DNA of 64,000 nucleotides from an uncultured virus (IMG/VR IMGVR_UViG_3300009702_000024). Taxonomy: Duplodnaviria; Heunggongvirae; Uroviricota; Caudoviricetes. Location: IMG/VR virus record IMGVR_UViG_3300009702_000024. The stretch is one strand, 5' to 3'. Positions 60,254 to 64,000 of this stretch are shown here, piece by piece; the first letter of the stretch is position 1, and each line of letters starts with the position of its first letter. The position numbers and the translations under genes are program-made. The notes under the pieces are model-generated. The model was not told where the DNA came from, did not search any database, and was given only the letters and a program-made list of their open reading frames with translations.

Positions 60254-60737
60254 TAATCGAGATATACCATATATTAGACGGTTAGAGGATATTCGACAAT
60301 TCTCTGAAAAATATCTAAACATAAAACTTAATACGTTTCAACTGGAATTCTTGAGAGAAGACTATAAGATGAGACTGATGGGAAAGACTACCGCTGCAAT
60401 CGTAGAGACAATGTGGAAAGCTTATAATATGCCTCCTAATTCTCATCTGTACTTTGTGACTCACACTCGTGATATGAGTCAGAGAGCACTCAAATCAACA
60501 ATCGAAATATTGACTAAAGCAAATCAGAAATATTTGAAATACAATTATGTGAATAATATTTTAGTGCTTGAAAATACAGTGACCATTCATTTCATATGGA
60601 TAGACGACATAAAGGATGTCGTGTCAGATATGAAAGACAGTATTATTAAAAACGTTACAAGCATTAAATTCTATGAACGTAGAGGATTTAGTAGAGCAAG
60701 AGAAGATTATACATTTGATCTTGATCAAATGTTCTAG
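60246..60737 (+). CDS. Truncated terminase-like ATPase domain (Walker A only)
   Basis: FSEKYLNIKLNTFQ, RLMGKTT, LENTVTIHF. Confidence 0.55.
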   Translation: MINNRDIPYIRRLEDIRQFSEKYLNIKLNTFQLEFLREDYKMRLMGKTTAAIVETMWKAYNMPPNSHLYFVTHTRDMSQRALKSTIEILTKANQKYLKYNYVNNILVLENTVTIHFIWIDDIKDVVSDMKDSIIKNVTSIKFYERRGFSRAREDYTFDLDQMF

Positions 60738-60751
60738 GAGAAATATAAAAC

Positions 60752-61129
60752 ATGAAAGATACGACAGAAAAAGAATTGGAAGAAATTACAACTTTGCTGG
60801 TGAAAGCTATATGGGAGTCTTTTAGGATGCCTCCTCATTCTCACATTGCTTATTTGATAAATAATCCAAATACGAAAACTGTAATAATTAAAATGACAAA
60901 AATCTTGGATATTGCAGACGTAGGTTACTCGGAATACGATTTGAAAGAAAGTACTTTGACACTCAAAAATACTGTGACCATCCACCTTATGCCAATGTCC
61001 GGTTTAATTTCAGAAATGTCTGCTACAAAGAAAACAGAGATAAGAGAAAAGAAAACTATCGAACCACATGTAATATGTATAGATGAACAAGCTTATTCTA
61101 GTAAACAAATAGGGAGGTGGAATATATGA
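60752..61129 (+). CDS. Paralog of preceding gene (Walker B-like only)
   Basis: W..F.MPPHSH, LKNTVTIH, ICIDEQAY. Confidence 0.55.
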   Translation: MKDTTEKELEEITTLLVKAIWESFRMPPHSHIAYLINNPNTKTVIIKMTKILDIADVGYSEYDLKESTLTLKNTVTIHLMPMSGLISEMSATKKTEIREKKTIEPHVICIDEQAYSSKQIGRWNI

Positions 61130-61332
61130 TTGAAGACAAAACTCTAATAGAAGAAAAACGAAAATTCGTGGAGTATTTGAAAAAGCACGTAAAGGATGAG
61201 GATCATATTACTTCTAAAGAAATATCAGAAATAATAGAAAATTATCAGAACACAAGAGTGAGTGAATATCGTATTGTAGGATTAGACAGAATATACAAAA
61301 TAATTGGAGATGTGAAATATGATGAAAAATGA
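61117..61332 (+). CDS. Hypothetical protein
   Basis: GGAGGTGG RBS; start probably at a downstream ATG. Confidence 0.5.
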   Translation: MEYMIEDKTLIEEKRKFVEYLKKHVKDEDHITSKEISEIIENYQNTRVSEYRIVGLDRIYKIIGDVKYDEK

Positions 61333-62698
61333 GAAAAAGATGACGGTAAAAGAGTATCTTCAATCGCTGGACTGGACACTGAAATACGCAGACATGAAAG
61401 AGAATACTCACAATATTCACACATACCCAGCTCGTATGCCACCATTACTTGTAAGAAGGATCATAAAAAATTTGTCTATGAAAGACGACACTGTTCTAGA
61501 TCCATTCATGGGATCGGGAACTGTTACACTAGAAGCATTCATCAATAAGAGGAGAAGTATTGGTATAGATGTCAATCCTCTTGCTGTGAAAATAGCTCGA
61601 ATAAAATCAACAATTGTTGATCCACAGAAGATCCAAGAGGAATTTATGAGAGTGTTGAAAAACGCTAATTCTGATCTCTCAAAGAAAAAAGATGCTTACA
61701 GAATTAAATTCCTTGCATATAAAAAGTCTTTATCGTGGAAGACAATAAAGTGGTTAAATTACTGGTTTCTTGATTATGTGCAACTTCAACTATTTGGTCT
61801 GAAAGAGGTTATCAAACGAATAAGAAATGAAGAAATTAGAGAATTCTTTCAAATTATCTTATCTGATACTTCTAGATGGGTATCAAACAATCGAAACAGC
61901 TCATACAAAAATTATAAAATGAGCGAAGAGCAAATGAAAAAGTTTGAACCTAAAGTATTTCAAACTTTTAATCTTCTCTACAGTCAAGCCATTATCAGTA
62001 TGCACAAACTTATAGATAATGTGATAGGAGAATACTCACCAGTCTTCTCACATAAATTCTTCCTCAAATTAGTTAAGGAGAAAACGAGTGGATACACTCC
62101 AAAAATTCTCAATGAAAATTTTCTTGACACAGATATAAAACCTAAATCAGTTGATCTTATCCTCACAAGTCCCCCATATGGTGATAATGGGACAACAGTG
62201 GCTTACGGTCAATTCTCAAAATTCTCTCTTTTCTGGTTAGGTTACGATCCTCTTACTGGAGCAAAGATTGACAGAGAAGGATTAGGAGGAAGAAAACTGT
62301 ATGACACGGAGATGATATATTCTCCGCATTTCTATATAATCAAGAAAAAGATTAAGGAGAACGAGAAAGAGATGAAAAATAATACTCGTCACATTGATTT
62401 TCATCTCTTCTTTCAAGAGTATCAGAAATCTATTGAGAAAATGGCGATGTGTATTAAGAACAATAAATATATATGTCTGGTTGTTGGAAATCGCTCTGTT
62501 AGAGGTGTGAGAGTTCCTATGGATCTTATAAGTGTAGAAATAGCAAGGCAGTATGGTCTTGAGCATTATTTAACTCTAAATCGAGATATTTCAAGTAAAC
62601 GACATCCTATATCACAAAAGATGAAAATAAATGACAAATCTACAAAAATTAACAATATAAATAGAGAAACCATTGTCATCTTGAAGAAAACTGGTTGA
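61319..62698 (+). CDS. Alpha-class N4-cytosine DNA methyltransferase (MvaI-like)
   Basis: HTYPA, DPFMGSGT before TSPPYGD..TTVAYGQFS. Confidence 0.85.
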   Translation: MMKNEKKMTVKEYLQSLDWTLKYADMKENTHNIHTYPARMPPLLVRRIIKNLSMKDDTVLDPFMGSGTVTLEAFINKRRSIGIDVNPLAVKIARIKSTIVDPQKIQEEFMRVLKNANSDLSKKKDAYRIKFLAYKKSLSWKTIKWLNYWFLDYVQLQLFGLKEVIKRIRNEEIREFFQIILSDTSRWVSNNRNSSYKNYKMSEEQMKKFEPKVFQTFNLLYSQAIISMHKLIDNVIGEYSPVFSHKFFLKLVKEKTSGYTPKILNENFLDTDIKPKSVDLILTSPPYGDNGTTVAYGQFSKFSLFWLGYDPLTGAKIDREGLGGRKLYDTEMIYSPHFYIIKKKIKENEKEMKNNTRHIDFHLFFQEYQKSIEKMAMCIKNNKYICLVVGNRSVRGVRVPMDLISVEIARQYGLEHYLTLNRDISSKRHPISQKMKINDKSTKINNINRETIVILKKTG

Positions 62699-62710
62699 AA
62701 CCAATTAAAA

Positions 62711-63118
62711 CTATTCAGATAATTGTTCTGTTTTAATTTTAGACATTCGAGCACTGTTCTCCTCATCGGAGAGATAAGACTTCCATCCTTTATTCTGCCT
62801 ACTTCTACTTACTTTCTGATTTTCCATCCATTCTGTAATAGATTTTTTAGTTATTGGATAACTGTATATTGGTGTGCATGGATCTCCTTCTTTTTTCTGT
62901 CGTACATTCATGCAGTTTGTACAGAGCATTAAACTTCCTCTTTCCTTTAGGGGAAAAGTGTTTTGTACCATCTGTCTTCTTTTCGTCAGAGGGAATTTCA
63001 TGTAATATTCTCTTAAATATTTGACTACTTCTGCAATTGACCCAGCTTTTTGATCTACTTTTGGTTCAACTTTAGGTTCAACAGTTGGTTCAATTTCTTC
63101 TTCATCAGCATCTGGCAT
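62711..63118 (-). CDS. Hypothetical protein with N-terminal EPKV repeats and CxxC
   Basis: 135 aa ORF. Confidence 0.55.
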   Translation of the reverse strand: MPDADEEEIEPTVEPKVEPKVDQKAGSIAEVVKYLREYYMKFPLTKRRQMVQNTFPLKERGSLMLCTNCMNVRQKKEGDPCTPIYSYPITKKSITEWMENQKVSRSRQNKGWKSYLSDEENSARMSKIKTEQLSE

Positions 63119-63172
63119 AAATTACTGTGTGTAGTATCGAAGTATAAATCTTATCACTACAACTTGGACATT

Positions 63173-63526
63173 TCACAACTCGAATTCGAGAGATATTTCT
63201 AGTACATCGTCCTCAATAAAGATCTTTGATGACATACCTTGCCATTTAATTCTACGACTGAATAAAATAGACAGTTCGTTCTGCAAGTGGATGAACACTT
63301 CGCTGAAAATTCTCTCTTTCAGTGGTGATCCATGCCATTTATACACTGTGAGCAAACTTTTAGAATGGATTTCTATAATCTTATTCGTGTAATATATACA
63401 CACAAATGAGAAATCTATCGCTCTATCATCCAGCAATAAGTTAGAAATTTTTATCTGCATACTCTTCAATTTATACATTATCCAAAATGTATTTATATAT
63501 ATCTTTCCACACCTATAATAATGCAA
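63173..63526 (-). CDS. Hypothetical protein (true start probably at an internal Met)
   Basis: ORF; 5' end overlaps divergent methyltransferase start. Confidence 0.4.
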   Translation of the reverse strand: MHYYRCGKIYINTFWIMYKLKSMQIKISNLLLDDRAIDFSFVCIYYTNKIIEIHSKSLLTVYKWHGSPLKERIFSEVFIHLQNELSILFSRRIKWQGMSSKIFIEDDVLEISLEFEL

Positions 63527-64000
63527 GATAGTAAAATTTATGACGATTTTGTACTAATATATGGAGACGCATTCAAATATGTTAGAGGGATACCCAGAAA
63601 AAGTATAAAATTGATTATGACATCGCCACCTTACAACATTGGAAAAGAGTATGAGAAGAAGAAGAAATTCGATGACTACTTATACGATATGCAGAAATTG
63701 ATTGAGAATTTAAAGAACGTTCTTAGAGATGATGGTATTGTAGTATGGCAAGTAGGCAATTACATTGAGAGACGAAGTAATGTGACAGAAATATTTCCTC
63801 TAGATTATTACTTCACAGATATATTCATCTCTGCTGGTTTCAGATTTCTGGAGCGTGTCGTGTGGAGGTTTGGACACGGATTAAATGCCACGAAGAAATT
63901 TTCGGGAAGATATGAAACTTTGCTGGTCTTCTGTAAAGCAGACTACCTTCCTAAGCATCAAATTAGAAGATACAATGACATACCCAATGAGCTGAAAAGT
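63521..64000 (+). CDS. Beta-class amino DNA methyltransferase (BglII-like), cut by window edge
   Basis: Hand translation: IYGDA..LIMTSPPYNIGKEYE..WQVGNY..EIFPLD..WRFGHGL..FSGRYETLL; no stop before 64000. Confidence 0.85.
   Translation, partial: MQDSKIYDDFVLIYGDAFKYVRGIPRKSIKLIMTSPPYNIGKEYEKKKKFDDYLYDMQKLIENLKNVLRDDGIVVWQVGNYIERRSNVTEIFPLDYYFTDIFISAGFRFLERVVWRFGHGLNATKKFSGRYETLLVFCKADYLPKHQIRRYNDIPNELKS

Overview
The window is a gene-dense, AT-rich (roughly one-third GC by eye) piece of a tailed archaeal dsDNA virus genome (Caudoviricetes, contractile myovirus-type tail). It opens with a 122-nt poly(A) run. The + strand block (0.2-34.9 kb) encodes portal, prohead protease, major capsid protein, neck, sheath, two tube paralogs, a -1 frameshifted tail chaperone, tape measure, hub and spike. 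It continues with two giant S[N/D]TRIK-repeat proteins and the terminase. The - strand block (34.9-53.4 kb) holds the baseplate wedge and fibre genes, a Cas4-like nuclease, an SF2 helicase, an intein-containing PolB1-like polymerase and a primase-PriL-helicase fusion. The mostly + strand block (53.6-64 kb) has a Mom-like DNA modifier, two SPPY methyltransferases, an HNH nuclease and small regulators. An archaeal host is inferred from GGTGA ribosome-binding sites, BRE/TATA promoters, PIP-box-like tails and the PolB1-like polymerase. The most striking signals are (1) apparent window-wide absence of CCTG/CAGG and GGNCC, strong enough to remove Gly-Pro from the proteins, (2) the basic 15-residue repeat module, (3) a candidate structured sRNA, (4) a pair of truncated terminase-like ATPase paralogs and (5) several degenerate P-loops. 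All calls come from motif reading and gene order only; no searches or counts were run.
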